From contig JBEVWC010000027.1 in assembly GCA_040506775.1 (NCBI GenBank), positions 159,801 to 223,800 of the forward strand: a DNA stretch of 64,000 nt, written 5' to 3'. Source of the stretch: Candidatus Thiodiazotropha sp. GTDB taxonomy: Bacteria; Pseudomonadota; Gammaproteobacteria; Chromatiales; Chromatiaceae. The notes under the pieces were generated by a model that did not search any database, was not told the origin of the DNA, and worked only from the letters and a program-made list of their open reading frames with translations. Positions 1 to 10,086 of the stretch are shown here, in pieces (the first letter of the stretch is position 1; each line of letters begins with the position of its first letter). The translations under genes and the position numbers were made by a program.

Positions 1-85
1 CAGGGGAACGTAATCTGGCCCTGATCGAAGGTTTTCACACTAATAATCAATGACCTGCTCCCTCGTGCATTATCCCTGGACCCAT

Positions 86-409
86 TCATGGCATCGGCAT
101 CATATGACGGTTGAGATCCTGCATGATCCAAACTGTGCCGCCCACCATGATGAACAGGATCAGCACCGAGAAGAGCACGCTCACCAGGATCCAGCTGTTT
201 TCTGAGCTCAGGCGAAGATGCAGAAAGAACCGAAAGTGCACCAGGATCTGGATCACTGCCGCGCTGGCAATGATGATCTGAATCGTCCCTCCCGTGGTAG
301 GCGTGAACAGGAGTAAAGAGAAAGGTATTGCGGTCAATGTCAGGGCAAGGAGATAGCCCGCGAGATAGGACCGGACACTGCTCGAAATATCGCTGTCTGG
401 TTGATTCAT
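86..409 (-). CDS. cyoD: Cytochrome bo3 ubiquinol oxidase subunit IV
   Basis: 107-aa, three-TM protein with YLAGYLLALTLT, QILVHFRFFLHL and GTVWIM; last gene of cyoABCD, 4-bp overlap with cyoC. Confidence 0.93.
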   Translation of the reverse strand: MNQPDSDISSSVRSYLAGYLLALTLTAIPFSLLLFTPTTGGTIQIIIASAAVIQILVHFRFFLHLRLSSENSWILVSVLFSVLILFIMVGGTVWIMQDLNRHMMPMP

Positions 410-1020
410 GAGAGTACTCCCGGCAGATAGACGAAGGAGAAGATGCTAACCCAGACGATGTCGAGAAAGTGCCAGAACAGGGACCATCGCTGCAACCGGG
501 AAAGCACCGGAGCCGTGGTGCCTTTCAACATCAGTTGCAGGACCATCGTGATCAACCACACCAACCCCATGCTGACATGCAGACCGTGGGTGCCGACAAG
601 AGTGAAAAAGGCCGACAGGTAGCCGCTGCGATCCGGCCCGGCGCCTTGCGCGATCATGTCGCGGAACTCCATCATCTCCAGAGTCAGAAAACCCAGCCCC
701 AGCAGCAGCGTAACGACAAGCCACCCCAAGGCTTGTACGCGCCGATGATGCAAGGCATACAGGGTGGCGAGTCCACAGCTGAGACTGCTGGTCAGCAGAA
801 GTCCGGTCTCTGCGAGGGTAAAGCGGATATCGAACAGCGTCTTTCCACTCGGGCCTCCGGCGAAGCTGTGACTCATGGAGGCGTAGGTGGCGAACAGCAG
901 TGCAAAGATCACTGCATCACTCATGAGATAGAACCAGAAACCGAGCTGACGGGCTTCATCAAAGGTTGATGCGCCATGCTCGCCGTGAGTGCTTTGGTTT
1001 AGCGAGAGGGTTGCTTGCAT
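406..1020 (-). CDS. cyoC: Cytochrome bo3 ubiquinol oxidase subunit III
   Basis: GFWFYLMSD, SAFFTLVGTHGLHV and FWHFLDIVW motifs typical of CyoC/COX3. Confidence 0.95.
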   Translation of the reverse strand: MQATLSLNQSTHGEHGASTFDEARQLGFWFYLMSDAVIFALLFATYASMSHSFAGGPSGKTLFDIRFTLAETGLLLTSSLSCGLATLYALHHRRVQALGWLVVTLLLGLGFLTLEMMEFRDMIAQGAGPDRSGYLSAFFTLVGTHGLHVSMGLVWLITMVLQLMLKGTTAPVLSRLQRWSLFWHFLDIVWVSIFSFVYLPGVLS

Positions 1021-1021
1021 G

Positions 1022-3040
1022 TTACACCTCGACCATGGATTGTCCGGTTATGCCAGTGGACGGAGCAGCTTGAGATTGGGATCGTGATCCGCGTGCACGC
1101 TCAATGCGCGCCACTTCGGCGGCGGGGATCCTGAACTCCGTCTGATCATTGAAACTGCGTGCAATCACCCCAGCGACGATTCCCAACAGGGAAATGAGCG
1201 CCATCCAGTCGATATGCCAGATCAAGGCGAATCCCAACAGAAAGGAGAACACCCCGAGATATACGCCTACAGCGCTGTTCCTGGGCAGCCAGATATCACT
1301 GTATTCATCCGGCGTCGGGGTTCCTGCACCCCGTTGCTTCATCGCCCAGAACGCATCGATCGCATCCACCCGTGGAATGATGGCGAAGTTGTAAATCGGC
1401 GGTGGCGAGGCGGTGGCCCATTCCAGGGTACGTCCGTCCCAGGGATCACCGGTGGTATCGGCCAGCGCTTCACGCCGACGAACACTGACGATCAACTGAA
1501 TGATCAGACAGACAATGCCATAGAAGATAAGCGCCGCACCCAGGGCCGCAACGATGAGCCAGGGTTGCCAGGCAGCATTACCGTAGTGTTCCATGCGCCT
1601 CGGCATACCCATGAGTCCCAGGGCGTAGAGGGGCAGGAAGGCCAGTTGGAACCCGATCAGCCAACTCCAGAAGGCCTGCCTTCCCCAGCGTTCGTCGAGA
1701 CGAAAACCAAAGGCCTTGGGAAACCAGTACATGTAACCGGCCAGATAACCGAACAGAGCGCCAGGGATGAGCATGTTGTGAAAGTGTGCAACGAGGAACT
1801 CGCTGTTGTGCATCATGAAGTCCACCGGCGGCACCGCCAGCAACACACCCGCTGCGCCACCGATCGCGAAGGAGGGAATGAAGCCGAGGGTGAACAGCAT
1901 GGGTGTGCTGAAACGGATGCGTCCGCGGTAGAGCGTGAGCAACCAGTCGAACAGTTTCACCCCGGTCGGTATGGCAATGAGCATGGTGGCGATACCGAAC
2001 GCCGCGTTCACGTTGGCGCCGGCGCCCATGGTGAAGAAATGGTGCAACCAGACGGTAAATGAGAGCAGTGCGATGACCATCGTGGCCCACACCAGCGAGT
2101 GGTAACCGAACAGGCGTTTGCTGGAAAAGGTGGCAACGATCTCGGAGAAGATGCCAAACGCGGGCAGGATCAGGATGTACACCTCCGGATGTCCCCAGAT
2201 CCAGAACAGATTGGCATAGTTCATCATGTTGCCGCCGGCCCCGTTGGTGAAGAAGTGCATGTCGAGATAACGATCGAGGGCCAGCAAACCGGTCGCCACG
2301 GTCAGACCGGGAAAAGCCAGTACCATGAGAATGCTTACGCAAAACGCAGTCCAGGTGAACAGCGGCATGCGCATCAGGGTCATCCCGGGTGCACGGTTCT
2401 TCAGAATCGTGACGAGAAAGTTGATACCGGTGAGGGTGCTGCCGACACCACTGATCTGCACCGCCCAGATCCAGTAGTCCACACCTACCGAGGGGCTGTA
2501 GCTCAGTTCTGAATAGGGCGGATATCCGGTCCAGCCCGCCGTGGAGAACTCACCGACCCCCAGGGAGAGCATCACCAGCATGGCGGCGGATGCGGTCAGC
2601 CATAGACTCACCGAGTTGAGGAACGGAAAGGCCACATCCCGGGTGCCGATCTGCTGCGGCACCACGATGTTGATCAGCCCGGTGAGGAAGGGCATCGCCA
2701 TGAAGAAGATCATGATGGTGCCATGGGCGCTGAAGATCTGGTCATAGTGATGAGGCGGAAGATATCCCTGCGCCTCGCCCACGGCCAGTGCCTGCTGGAC
2801 CCGCATCATGGCGGCATCCGCAAAACCGCGCAGCAGCATGATCAGGGCCAGTACGATATACATGATGCCAATGCGTTTGTGATCCACACTGGTCAACCAT
2901 TCGAGCCACAGATAGCCCCAGCGCCGCTGCCGGGTGATGTAGCCAAGGATTGCGGCGGCGCACAGCAGCATAAAGGCTACCGCGCCCATTACAATCGGGT
3001 TGTCATAGGGAATCGCCTGGAGGGTGAGTTTACCTAACAT
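1022..3040 (-). CDS. cyoB: Cytochrome bo3 ubiquinol oxidase subunit I
   Basis: Heme-copper ligand motifs [15 protein letters not shown] and AHFH; quinol-site residues in LRGFAD and PHHYDQ as in E. coli CyoB. Confidence 0.97.
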   Translation of the reverse strand: MLGKLTLQAIPYDNPIVMGAVAFMLLCAAAILGYITRQRRWGYLWLEWLTSVDHKRIGIMYIVLALIMLLRGFADAAMMRVQQALAVGEAQGYLPPHHYDQIFSAHGTIMIFFMAMPFLTGLINIVVPQQIGTRDVAFPFLNSVSLWLTASAAMLVMLSLGVGEFSTAGWTGYPPYSELSYSPSVGVDYWIWAVQISGVGSTLTGINFLVTILKNRAPGMTLMRMPLFTWTAFCVSILMVLAFPGLTVATGLLALDRYLDMHFFTNGAGGNMMNYANLFWIWGHPEVYILILPAFGIFSEIVATFSSKRLFGYHSLVWATMVIALLSFTVWLHHFFTMGAGANVNAAFGIATMLIAIPTGVKLFDWLLTLYRGRIRFSTPMLFTLGFIPSFAIGGAAGVLLAVPPVDFMMHNSEFLVAHFHNMLIPGALFGYLAGYMYWFPKAFGFRLDERWGRQAFWSWLIGFQLAFLPLYALGLMGMPRRMEHYGNAAWQPWLIVAALGAALIFYGIVCLIIQLIVSVRRREALADTTGDPWDGRTLEWATASPPPIYNFAIIPRVDAIDAFWAMKQRGAGTPTPDEYSDIWLPRNSAVGVYLGVFSFLLGFALIWHIDWMALISLLGIVAGVIARSFNDQTEFRIPAAEVARIERARGSRSQSQAAPSTGITGQSMVEV

Positions 3041-3062
3041 TGCTTGATATCCTCGGATTGTT

Positions 3063-3941
3063 TCATGTGGCCGGCGGCTTGTTCATGTATTGGTTCATGA
3101 TGCGATCGAACAGCCCCTGATCCACGTGGGCAAATGTCTGCACCGGCTCACGCACACTGGGTTTTTGCAGACGTTCATAGCGAGACCAGTCGAGACGTTC
3201 AGTGTGTGCTCCGACCTGTTGCACCCAGTGCTGAAAATCCTCCGGTGCTTTGGCGATCACCTTGAAATTCTGATAGGGAAAGCCCCTGCCGCTGTATTGC
3301 GTGTTCTCACCGAAGTAGGTGCCGGCATGATCGGCGCGCAGATGCAACTCGGTGCGCATCCCCGCCATGGCGTAGATCTGTCCTCCCAGTTGTGGGATGA
3401 AGAAGGCATTCATCACCGTGTCCGAAGTGATATCGAAACTCACCGGTCGGCCCACAGGTATCACCAGCTTGTTGACGCTGGCCAGGCCCTGCTCCGGATA
3501 GATGAAAAGCCATTTCCAATCCAGGGCTACGACCTGGACCTTGAGGGGTGGCTGAGTCGATTCGAGGGGAGCATAGGGATTCAGCCGGTGGGTGTAGGTC
3601 CAGGTCAGGACCGCAAGCACGGCGACGATCAGTGCCGGCACCACCCACACCCACACATCCACGCGTACAGAGGACCACTCGGGCATGTATCGGGCTTTGT
3701 GGTTACCGGCCCGGTAGTGCCAGGCAAACCAGAGCGTCATGGCCAATACCGGTATGACCACGATCAGCATCAGCCCGAGTGTGATCAACAGCAGGTGATC
3801 CTCACGCTGGGCAATGACACCCTGAGGGTCAAGCTCGAGCCAATTGCCTGCCTGAACAGGACTGGCCAGAGAAAGCAGTACAAAGACCCCGCTAAACGTA
3901 CCGGGTATTTTTCGCCTTGTGATGAATCTGGGCATCCGCAC
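3063..3941 (-). CDS. cyoA: Ubiquinol oxidase subunit II
   Basis: LDPQG, two TM helices, WKWLFIYP and [16 protein letters not shown]; no CuA Cys/His ligands ([11 protein letters not shown]), consistent with a quinol oxidase. Confidence 0.93.
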   Translation of the reverse strand: MRMPRFITRRKIPGTFSGVFVLLSLASPVQAGNWLELDPQGVIAQREDHLLLITLGLMLIVVIPVLAMTLWFAWHYRAGNHKARYMPEWSSVRVDVWVWVVPALIVAVLAVLTWTYTHRLNPYAPLESTQPPLKVQVVALDWKWLFIYPEQGLASVNKLVIPVGRPVSFDITSDTVMNAFFIPQLGGQIYAMAGMRTELHLRADHAGTYFGENTQYSGRGFPYQNFKVIAKAPEDFQHWVQQVGAHTERLDWSRYERLQKPSVREPVQTFAHVDQGLFDRIMNQYMNKPPAT

Positions 3942-3976
3942 ACCTTGACTGTTCGCAGCTATTGAATGACTGAGAG

Positions 3977-3993
3977 TTCAAGATGCATGCCAG
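3977..3993 (-). promoter_or_regulatory. Possible imperfect sigma54 -24/-12 element upstream of cyoA
   Basis: Minus strand CTGG-CATGCATCTT-GAA: GG-N10-GA rather than GG-N10-GC, ~35 bp upstream of the start. Confidence 0.25.
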
Positions 3994-4487
3994 GCAGGCA
4001 AAGGGCCAAGAAAGCGCCCATTGATCAGGGGTATCGAAGGGTTGTCAGGCTGACAGCTGGTTCACAGCAACCAGCTTGCGGGGAAATGGACCCATTGGGT
4101 TTTGGGGAATATCAACCAGCCAGGTGAGATCGGCGTTCATCGGCACTTCAAGCCAACAGCACCGGACCGGGTCAACAAAAGAAGGCTGGCAGCCCGGATT
4201 GTCAAAGCAGCGCTATCAAGGGATAGCGACCAGTCAGGGGGTGATTTGATTCCAACCTCACAGGCTGTTTGACAGGAATAAAGTCAGTCTCATATCCGAA
4301 ATCTAGTTCATTGATTGACTGCTTAAACTATCTCGTCGATAGTTCATCATGGATTTGTTGAGGCACATCAACTGCAGCACCCTCTGTAGCCGGTTTCGGC
4401 CAGAAGCAGAAGATGGAACAGTATATGGCGTGCGAAATATGGCGCCATAAAGCAGACCTAAGTTTTGCAGCGGATAGACCGCAAGGC

Positions 4488-4652
4488 ACCCAAAGCATGC
4501 ACAGCGGGCGAGTTGTTCTCGGCCGCTTCCCGCAGACATCTATAGAGAAATCGAAAATCTTCGTGGCGAGCAAGAATCGGATCACGGTTATGTCCGCGCA
4601 CCACCACATGCTGTGGCTGATCCGGCAGGAATAGCCTGGGCTTTCTTGGCAT
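4488..4652 (-). pseudogene. 5' fragment of a RAYT/Y1 HUH transposase
   Basis: MPRKPRLFLPDQPQHVVVRGHNRDPILARHEDFRFLYRCLREAAE is nearly identical to the N-terminus of 33448-34200; same AAGGAGG RBS; +1 frameshift at AVHA/W, and similarity ends before the HUH motif. Confidence 0.88.
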
Positions 4653-4681
4653 GACAACCTCCTTGGTGTCCATTGATCTCC

Positions 4682-4779
4682 GGGGTCGGAGTCGAATCAA
4701 GAACGGTGTGTTTGCCCACAACACGCTCTTGTCTGTTTTCGAGGTGATGCACGATGCGGGCACTCTCGACTCCGACCCC
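4682..4779. repeat. 98-bp TIR-bounded palindromic element, type A, copy 1
   Basis: GGGGTCGGAGTCGA...TCGACTCCGACCCC 14-bp terminal inverted repeats; directly upstream of the RAYT fragment. Confidence 0.95.
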
Positions 4780-4796
4780 TTAGGGCGGGGATCTCC

Positions 4797-4894
4797 GGGG
4801 TCGGAGTCGAATCAAGAACGGTGTGTTTGCCCACAATACGCTCTTGTCTGTTTTCGAGGTGATGCACGATGCGGGCACTCTCGACTCCGACCCC
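4797..4894. repeat. 98-bp TIR-bounded palindromic element, type A, copy 2 (tandem, 115-bp period)
   Basis: Reads identical to 4682-4779, including flanks GATCTCC and TTAGGGCG; ends just before the hydrolase stop codon. Confidence 0.95.
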
Positions 4895-4902
4895 TTAGGG
4901 CG

Positions 4903-5817
4903 CTACATCTTTGACTGAAAAAAAGGTGCAAGTACGCTCACGGCCTCGCTGATCTCCGCTTCGCCATCATAAAGACTCATATGATTCGCACCGGAGACGA
5001 TGTGCATGCTCTTGTCGGTGGTCGCGGCCCTTTCCATCAGATCGTCACTCATCCATTTACTGCCCGCCTCGCTGCCAACGATTGTTTGAAGCGGTTGTGT
5101 CAAGAATGCTTCAGCCTTGTGGAAAGCGTCGTACGTGATAATTTGGTTCAAGCTCCGCGCCGTTGCAAAACCCGGTGCCGTGCAATACTTAGCGCGATTT
5201 GTATGGTAGTACTCCCATGCTTGGCGCAACTCTTCATTCGGTGCGTCAGCCTCATTTAGAGGGGCCATGGGAATCGTCACAATCTCTGCACCGCTGGCGT
5301 CTAACGTTCGCGCGTCCGATCCTGCTTGCAGATATGGAATGGCATCACTGTCTTTGACGTTATTGTCCCAGCCATTACGGAACATCTGACCGATGTTCAC
5401 CAAGCTTACGGTACCTACGGCCTTGATACGACGGTCGTTGACCGCCGCGTTGGCGGTATACCCGGCTCCCGCACAGATGCCCATCGCACCAATTCGCGCC
5501 TTGTCCACGTAAGGCAGGGTTGTCAGGTAGTCGATGACTGCACTTACGTCTTCGGTACGGATATGAGGGTTCTCCAACTGGCGGGGTTCGCCCGTACTCT
5601 CGCCCTGATAAGACGCATCGTAGGCAATAGTGACGAAACCTTCTTTCGCGAGCTTTGCCGCGTAGGTGCCCGCCGTCTGTTCCTTTACACCACCGCCGGG
5701 GTGAGAAACGACGATGGCTGGATACTGCTGGCTTTCATCGAATCCCTCTGGAAAGTAGATAACCGCAGCCATTGTGATGGTGTAATTGTTCGAATTGGGG
5801 AAATTAACCTTGTTCAT
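4903..5817 (-). CDS. Alpha/beta hydrolase (YcjY/FrsA-like, S15-like)
   Basis: HPGGGVKEQ, DASYQGES, nucleophile elbow GICAGAG and C-terminal GANHMSLYD. Confidence 0.85.
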   Translation of the reverse strand: MNKVNFPNSNNYTITMAAVIYFPEGFDESQQYPAIVVSHPGGGVKEQTAGTYAAKLAKEGFVTIAYDASYQGESTGEPRQLENPHIRTEDVSAVIDYLTTLPYVDKARIGAMGICAGAGYTANAAVNDRRIKAVGTVSLVNIGQMFRNGWDNNVKDSDAIPYLQAGSDARTLDASGAEIVTIPMAPLNEADAPNEELRQAWEYYHTNRAKYCTAPGFATARSLNQIITYDAFHKAEAFLTQPLQTIVGSEAGSKWMSDDLMERAATTDKSMHIVSGANHMSLYDGEAEISEAVSVLAPFFQSKM

Positions 5818-5940
5818 GTGTGATCTCCTGAAACTTGTCCGGTTAGAAGGTGTTGTTCAAATCGCGTGAAAAAAGCATAGGCACGCTCCGATTAATCTAC
5901 AATGCGTTTAAAATGATTGTATTTATTATTGAGGTGATTA

Positions 5941-6831
5941 ATGAAAAGGGACGAGATTGCCGACTTGGCCGCCTTCGTAGCCGTTGCAGAGGAAAAGAGT
6001 TTCACGCGAGCCGCAGTAAGACTTGCCATGTCTCAGTCTGCGCTGAGTCAGATTATCCGCCGGCTAGAAGAGGATGTGGGCCTGCGACTGTTGTCCCGTA
6101 CGACACGTAGCGTTGCGCCGACCGAGGTCGGCAAGCAGCTGCTTGATTCGCTTGCTCCACTCTTCAAGGACATCGATGCAAGTATCGCAGGGCTCGCGGA
6201 GTATCGCGACAAGCCCGTTGGCACATTCCGCATCACCACCGTTGAGCATGCTGCAAAAGTCTACATACTGCCTAAATTGACAAGATTGCTTTCAGAATAT
6301 CCGGACATAAAGGTCGAGATCGTCACTGAGTACGGCTTGGCTGACGTCGTTTCAGATCAATATGATGCAGGTGTCCGCCTTGGAGAAGAAGTCCACAAGG
6401 ACATGATCGCCGTCCCGATCTCTCCTGAGATCCCAATGGCTGTGGTTGGCTCACCGGAGTATTTTTCCCGATATCCGGAGCCAAATAATCCAAAGCAACT
6501 GGTTGACCATCTCTGTGTAATTCTATCGCTGCCTTCTCGCGGCGCCATCAACGAATGGCGTTTCACGAGACACGGGGAAAACAGCCACGTCCGCGTCAAC
6601 GGGCCGCTCACGTTCAACACTATCGACCTAATACAAGACGCAGCAGTCAGTGGCATGGGTTTGGCCTATCTGCCACTGGATCAGGTTCAGAAGGATTTGG
6701 ATGCTTGCCGTCTTTCCTCTGTCCTCGACACTTGGATGCTGCCATTACCACCATACTACCTCTACTATCCCAATCGGAGACACTCTTCCCCGGCGTTCAG
6801 GTTAATCGTAGATGCTTTGAAGTATTTCTAA
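5941..6831 (+). CDS. LysR-family transcriptional regulator (CrgA/PgrR-like), divergent from the hydrolase
   Basis: N-terminal HTH SFTRAAVRLAMSQSALSQ, RLLSRTTRSVAPTE, DAGVRLGE and YLYYPNRR. Confidence 0.93.
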   Translation: MKRDEIADLAAFVAVAEEKSFTRAAVRLAMSQSALSQIIRRLEEDVGLRLLSRTTRSVAPTEVGKQLLDSLAPLFKDIDASIAGLAEYRDKPVGTFRITTVEHAAKVYILPKLTRLLSEYPDIKVEIVTEYGLADVVSDQYDAGVRLGEEVHKDMIAVPISPEIPMAVVGSPEYFSRYPEPNNPKQLVDHLCVILSLPSRGAINEWRFTRHGENSHVRVNGPLTFNTIDLIQDAAVSGMGLAYLPLDQVQKDLDACRLSSVLDTWMLPLPPYYLYYPNRRHSSPAFRLIVDALKYF

Positions 6832-7198
6832 CCATAGCGTCAATCGGGGACAGACCACGGTTACTATGTCAGCAATTGACCTAACTGCTGTCTTTTTTGA
6901 AAAACAGCGCTATTGTCTCCTTCGGTCGCGTTTCGGACATACTAGTAGCAACGACGGGTGACGCTTTACGTCTAAAGCACCCATTTTGATGGTACGGCGC
7001 GCGGAATCCGCCGACCTTTTCTCTAACAATGTCATACTCATCCACTGCCGTGACGGACTTCTCTCCGCCGAACGCGTATTTGTGACGGGCTTTACCCACA
7101 CACAACAAGGCAGCATCCAGGCCGAATAACAGATCCGTCGTTCGACCTGGCGCAAAGCAGGCGGTGTCCGATAAACCTCCTGCTGGTTTTTATTCTGT

Positions 7199-7582
7199 CT
7201 AACGATAGGAAATGCGCACTACATCCACATCATGCGGCAGCGAATCAACCTGGACCTGGAAGCTGGCCCGTTGCGAGTGTTTGGCCGGCCCCATCCGTTG
7301 CGGTTTTGCCTGCTCCACAGCGACCACTTCACCGTCTTTGTCGAGCATTTCCACATACACCGTTCCGTAAAACCGGCGGCTCGGATTGGAGGCTGATTTC
7401 ATCAGTCTGCCGGAGATGGAGACCCCGGAATCGAGCTCGTGAATCTCGACCGCATAGGGCACAGCCCATACGTTTTTCTCTGTCACGACTTTGAGTTCCT
7501 CTGCCTGGGCATTGGCCCACTGCGGCCAGATCACGCAGATCATCAGAGTGATCAGTCCCATGCGTCGAAGCGAATATCTCAT
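7199..7582 (-). CDS. Hypothetical exported protein (~127 aa), divergent from the RND operon
   Basis: AGGAG RBS before ATG 7582; signal-peptide-like MRYSLRRMGLITLMICVIWPQWANA; beta-rich mature part. Confidence 0.6.
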   Translation of the reverse strand: MRYSLRRMGLITLMICVIWPQWANAQAEELKVVTEKNVWAVPYAVEIHELDSGVSISGRLMKSASNPSRRFYGTVYVEMLDKDGEVVAVEQAKPQRMGPAKHSQRASFQVQVDSLPHDVDVVRISYR

Positions 7583-7668
7583 GTGTTGACTCCTGAACCT
7601 TTCGAATAACGTCACTTGCAAGTGTTCAAGTGCGGTTGATGTCTGCGTTACATCCTGCCAGCACCAAC

Positions 7669-7707
7669 CTGACAATTCGCTGAACGACCCCGTCAGGTAT
7701 CTGTCAG
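7669..7707. promoter_or_regulatory. Four-box, 11-bp-phased dyad operator, candidate OmpR-family binding site
   Basis: CTGACA-N5-CTGAAC-N5-CGTCAG-N5-TGTCAG between divergent starts at 7582 and ~7763. Confidence 0.55.
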
Positions 7708-7762
7708 TCCGCGGGTGATTCAATGTCATCAACATCAGCAATCACCCGGACAATCACGACCG

Positions 7763-9004
7763 ATGGCGTACCACAATCCTCACCTCCCGACATCCCTTTC
7801 CCAGCGGGCGAGGCAATTTACATTGGCAACCCTGCTGCTGGTAAGCACGGCTACCTCGGCCCAGAACGGGCTGACGGACGCGGTCAAAGCAGCCATATCG
7901 CTGGATCCGCTCGCTCAGCAGATGGAAAGCCGGAAATCCCTTGCCAGTGCCCGTGAAACCCGTGCCAGTCAATGGCTGGCGGGGGATCCGGCCTTCAATC
8001 TGAAGTACCAGACCGACGCGATCGGCAGCGATCTTGGTTACCAGGAATGGGAAGGCGGCGTGGAACTGCCGCTCTGGTGGCCAGGTCAGCGCGACGCCCT
8101 CGCCCGGGAAGGCGAGCAGACCCGAATTGCGGCCGAAGCCTTTGCCCAGTCGCGAGAACTCGACATCGCCGGTGAAGTGCGTGAGCGCCTCTGGGAGCTG
8201 GCCCTGGCTCGCAGCGCCCGCCAGGAGGCACGGCTTGCCTACGACAGCGCCAGGGAGCTGGAGCACGATATCAACCGCCGTATCGAAGGCGGAGAACTGC
8301 CACGCAGTGACCTGCTGCTGGCGCAGAAGGAGGTCGTCGCCCGGGAGGATGCGCTGCAACAGGCTGATAACCGGGTGCAACAGGCCGAACGGCGTTTCAG
8401 CCGTTTCACGGGAATGGCCGTGCCGCCCCCGGCGACCGCCGAACCACTGGCGCAACCAGGTGAATTGTCGGATCAGCACCCGAAGCTGCAACTGGCAGCG
8501 GCCGAGGTGGCGATGGCTCGTGCCCGTCGCGACCAGGTGCAGGCAGAGCGGTTCAGCGGTACCAGCCTGTGGCTGGGGGGCAAGACAACCCGCGCCGCAA
8601 GCGGTGATGACTACGACTCCGCAGTCGGTCTTGAGGTCACTCTGCCATTCGGAAGTCGCTCGCAGTCGGCCCCCGCGCAGGCGGAAGCGGAAACCGCCCT
8701 GACCCAGGCCCTGGCCGATCAGGACCGTACCCGACGCGAGCTTCAGGAATCCATCGACGTCGCAACCCTGGCCTATCAAGGGTCCCTGGACGCGCTGCGG
8801 CGATCCCAGCGCAAGCAGAGTCTCGCCGATGAGAGCCTCGGCATGAGCCGGCGCGCCTTCGAGCTGGGCGAGACCGATCTGGTGCGCCTGCTGCAGGCCC
8901 GCAGCGACGCCATGACCGCACATCAAGAACTTGAAGCCAGACGCCTCGAAGTGGGTCGGGCAACGGCACGCCTCAATCAAATCCTAGGAGTCATCCCGCA
9001 ATGA
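7763..9004 (+). CDS. TolC/CzcC-family outer-membrane efflux protein
   Basis: Signal peptide, helical OEP repeats, AFELGETDLVRLL; first gene of the RND triad; start approximate. Confidence 0.88.
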   Translation: MAYHNPHLPTSLSQRARQFTLATLLLVSTATSAQNGLTDAVKAAISLDPLAQQMESRKSLASARETRASQWLAGDPAFNLKYQTDAIGSDLGYQEWEGGVELPLWWPGQRDALAREGEQTRIAAEAFAQSRELDIAGEVRERLWELALARSARQEARLAYDSARELEHDINRRIEGGELPRSDLLLAQKEVVAREDALQQADNRVQQAERRFSRFTGMAVPPPATAEPLAQPGELSDQHPKLQLAAAEVAMARARRDQVQAERFSGTSLWLGGKTTRAASGDDYDSAVGLEVTLPFGSRSQSAPAQAEAETALTQALADQDRTRRELQESIDVATLAYQGSLDALRRSQRKQSLADESLGMSRRAFELGETDLVRLLQARSDAMTAHQELEARRLEVGRATARLNQILGVIPQ

Positions 9005-10086
9005 AAAAACATATCGCATCGCTGTTACTGGCGGTCGCTTTGCCGGCATTCGGCGAGTCGGGCGCTTCGTTGACCTTTACCCCTGAACAGGTCGCCGCCT
9101 TCGGTATCCAGACCGGAGCGGTTGAATCCGTGTCCCAGGCATCGAGCAAGAACTACCCGGCCAAGGTCACTGTGCCCAACAGCCGCTTGCGGGTGGTCGG
9201 CGCACCCCTGGAGGGGGTCATCGAGGCACTGCTGGTGGCCGAAGGCGAGCAAGTGGTCGCAGGTCAGCCCCTGGCGCAGATCCGCAGTACCCAGCTGCTG
9301 GAGCGGCAGGCGGGATTTCTCGAAACCCTGACCCGGCGACAGCTCAGTGCGGCAAACCTCAAACGGGATCGCAAGCTACGTGCCGACGGCATCATCGCCG
9401 AGCGCCGTTTATTGGAGTCGGAAGCCCAGCACAAGGAGTTGCTGAATGCCGAGGCGCGGGACCGTCAGGCCCTGCATCTGGCCGGCATGTCGGACGAGGC
9501 GATCGCGGAGTTGGAACGGACTCAGGAGTTACACGCGGTGCTTCAGGTCGAGGCCCCTCTCGACGGTGTGGTTCTGGAACAGATGGCGACGGCAGGTCAG
9601 CGCCTGGCCAGCGCCGATCCGCTCTATCGGGTGGGCGATCTGACCACCCTCTGGGTCGAGGTGCATGTACCGCTTGAGAACCTGGGTGAGATCGCGCCCG
9701 GGGGCCAGGTGGACCTGCCCCAGCAGGGTATTCGGGGTGAGATCATCACCGTCGGACGCATGGTGCATGGCACCGACCAGGGAGTGCTGGTACGCGCGGC
9801 GGTCACCGAAGGCGCCGGGCAACTGCGTCCCGGTCAATTCACCGAGGCGCGGCTGCAACATACTACCGGCGTATCCGCCTTGCGGGTTCCTGCCAGCGCC
9901 ATCGTGCGCAGCACGGACAAGGCCTATCTGTTCGTCCAGCAGCCGGACGGTTTCCACGCGGTGTCGACGGAACTGCTTAATCGCGAAGGCGACTCGGTCG
10001 TGATCAAGGCTTCGCTGCCGGCTGATGCCCAGGTAGTGGTGCGCGGCACCGCAGCCCTGAAGGCGGCCTGGGGAGGCGCAGAATAA
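9001..10086 (+). CDS. RND periplasmic adaptor (CzcB/CusB-like membrane fusion protein)
   Basis: Lipoyl-like halves APLEGVIE and APLDGVVLE, LYRVGDLTTLWVEVHV and LRPGQF; overlaps neighbouring genes. Confidence 0.9.
   Translation: MKKHIASLLLAVALPAFGESGASLTFTPEQVAAFGIQTGAVESVSQASSKNYPAKVTVPNSRLRVVGAPLEGVIEALLVAEGEQVVAGQPLAQIRSTQLLERQAGFLETLTRRQLSAANLKRDRKLRADGIIAERRLLESEAQHKELLNAEARDRQALHLAGMSDEAIAELERTQELHAVLQVEAPLDGVVLEQMATAGQRLASADPLYRVGDLTTLWVEVHVPLENLGEIAPGGQVDLPQQGIRGEIITVGRMVHGTDQGVLVRAAVTEGAGQLRPGQFTEARLQHTTGVSALRVPASAIVRSTDKAYLFVQQPDGFHAVSTELLNREGDSVVIKASLPADAQVVVRGTAALKAAWGGAE

Noticed and set aside
4675-4902. Tandem repeats as a possible CRISPR array
   Set aside because: Units are 115 bp and identical throughout, with no unique spacers and no cas genes.
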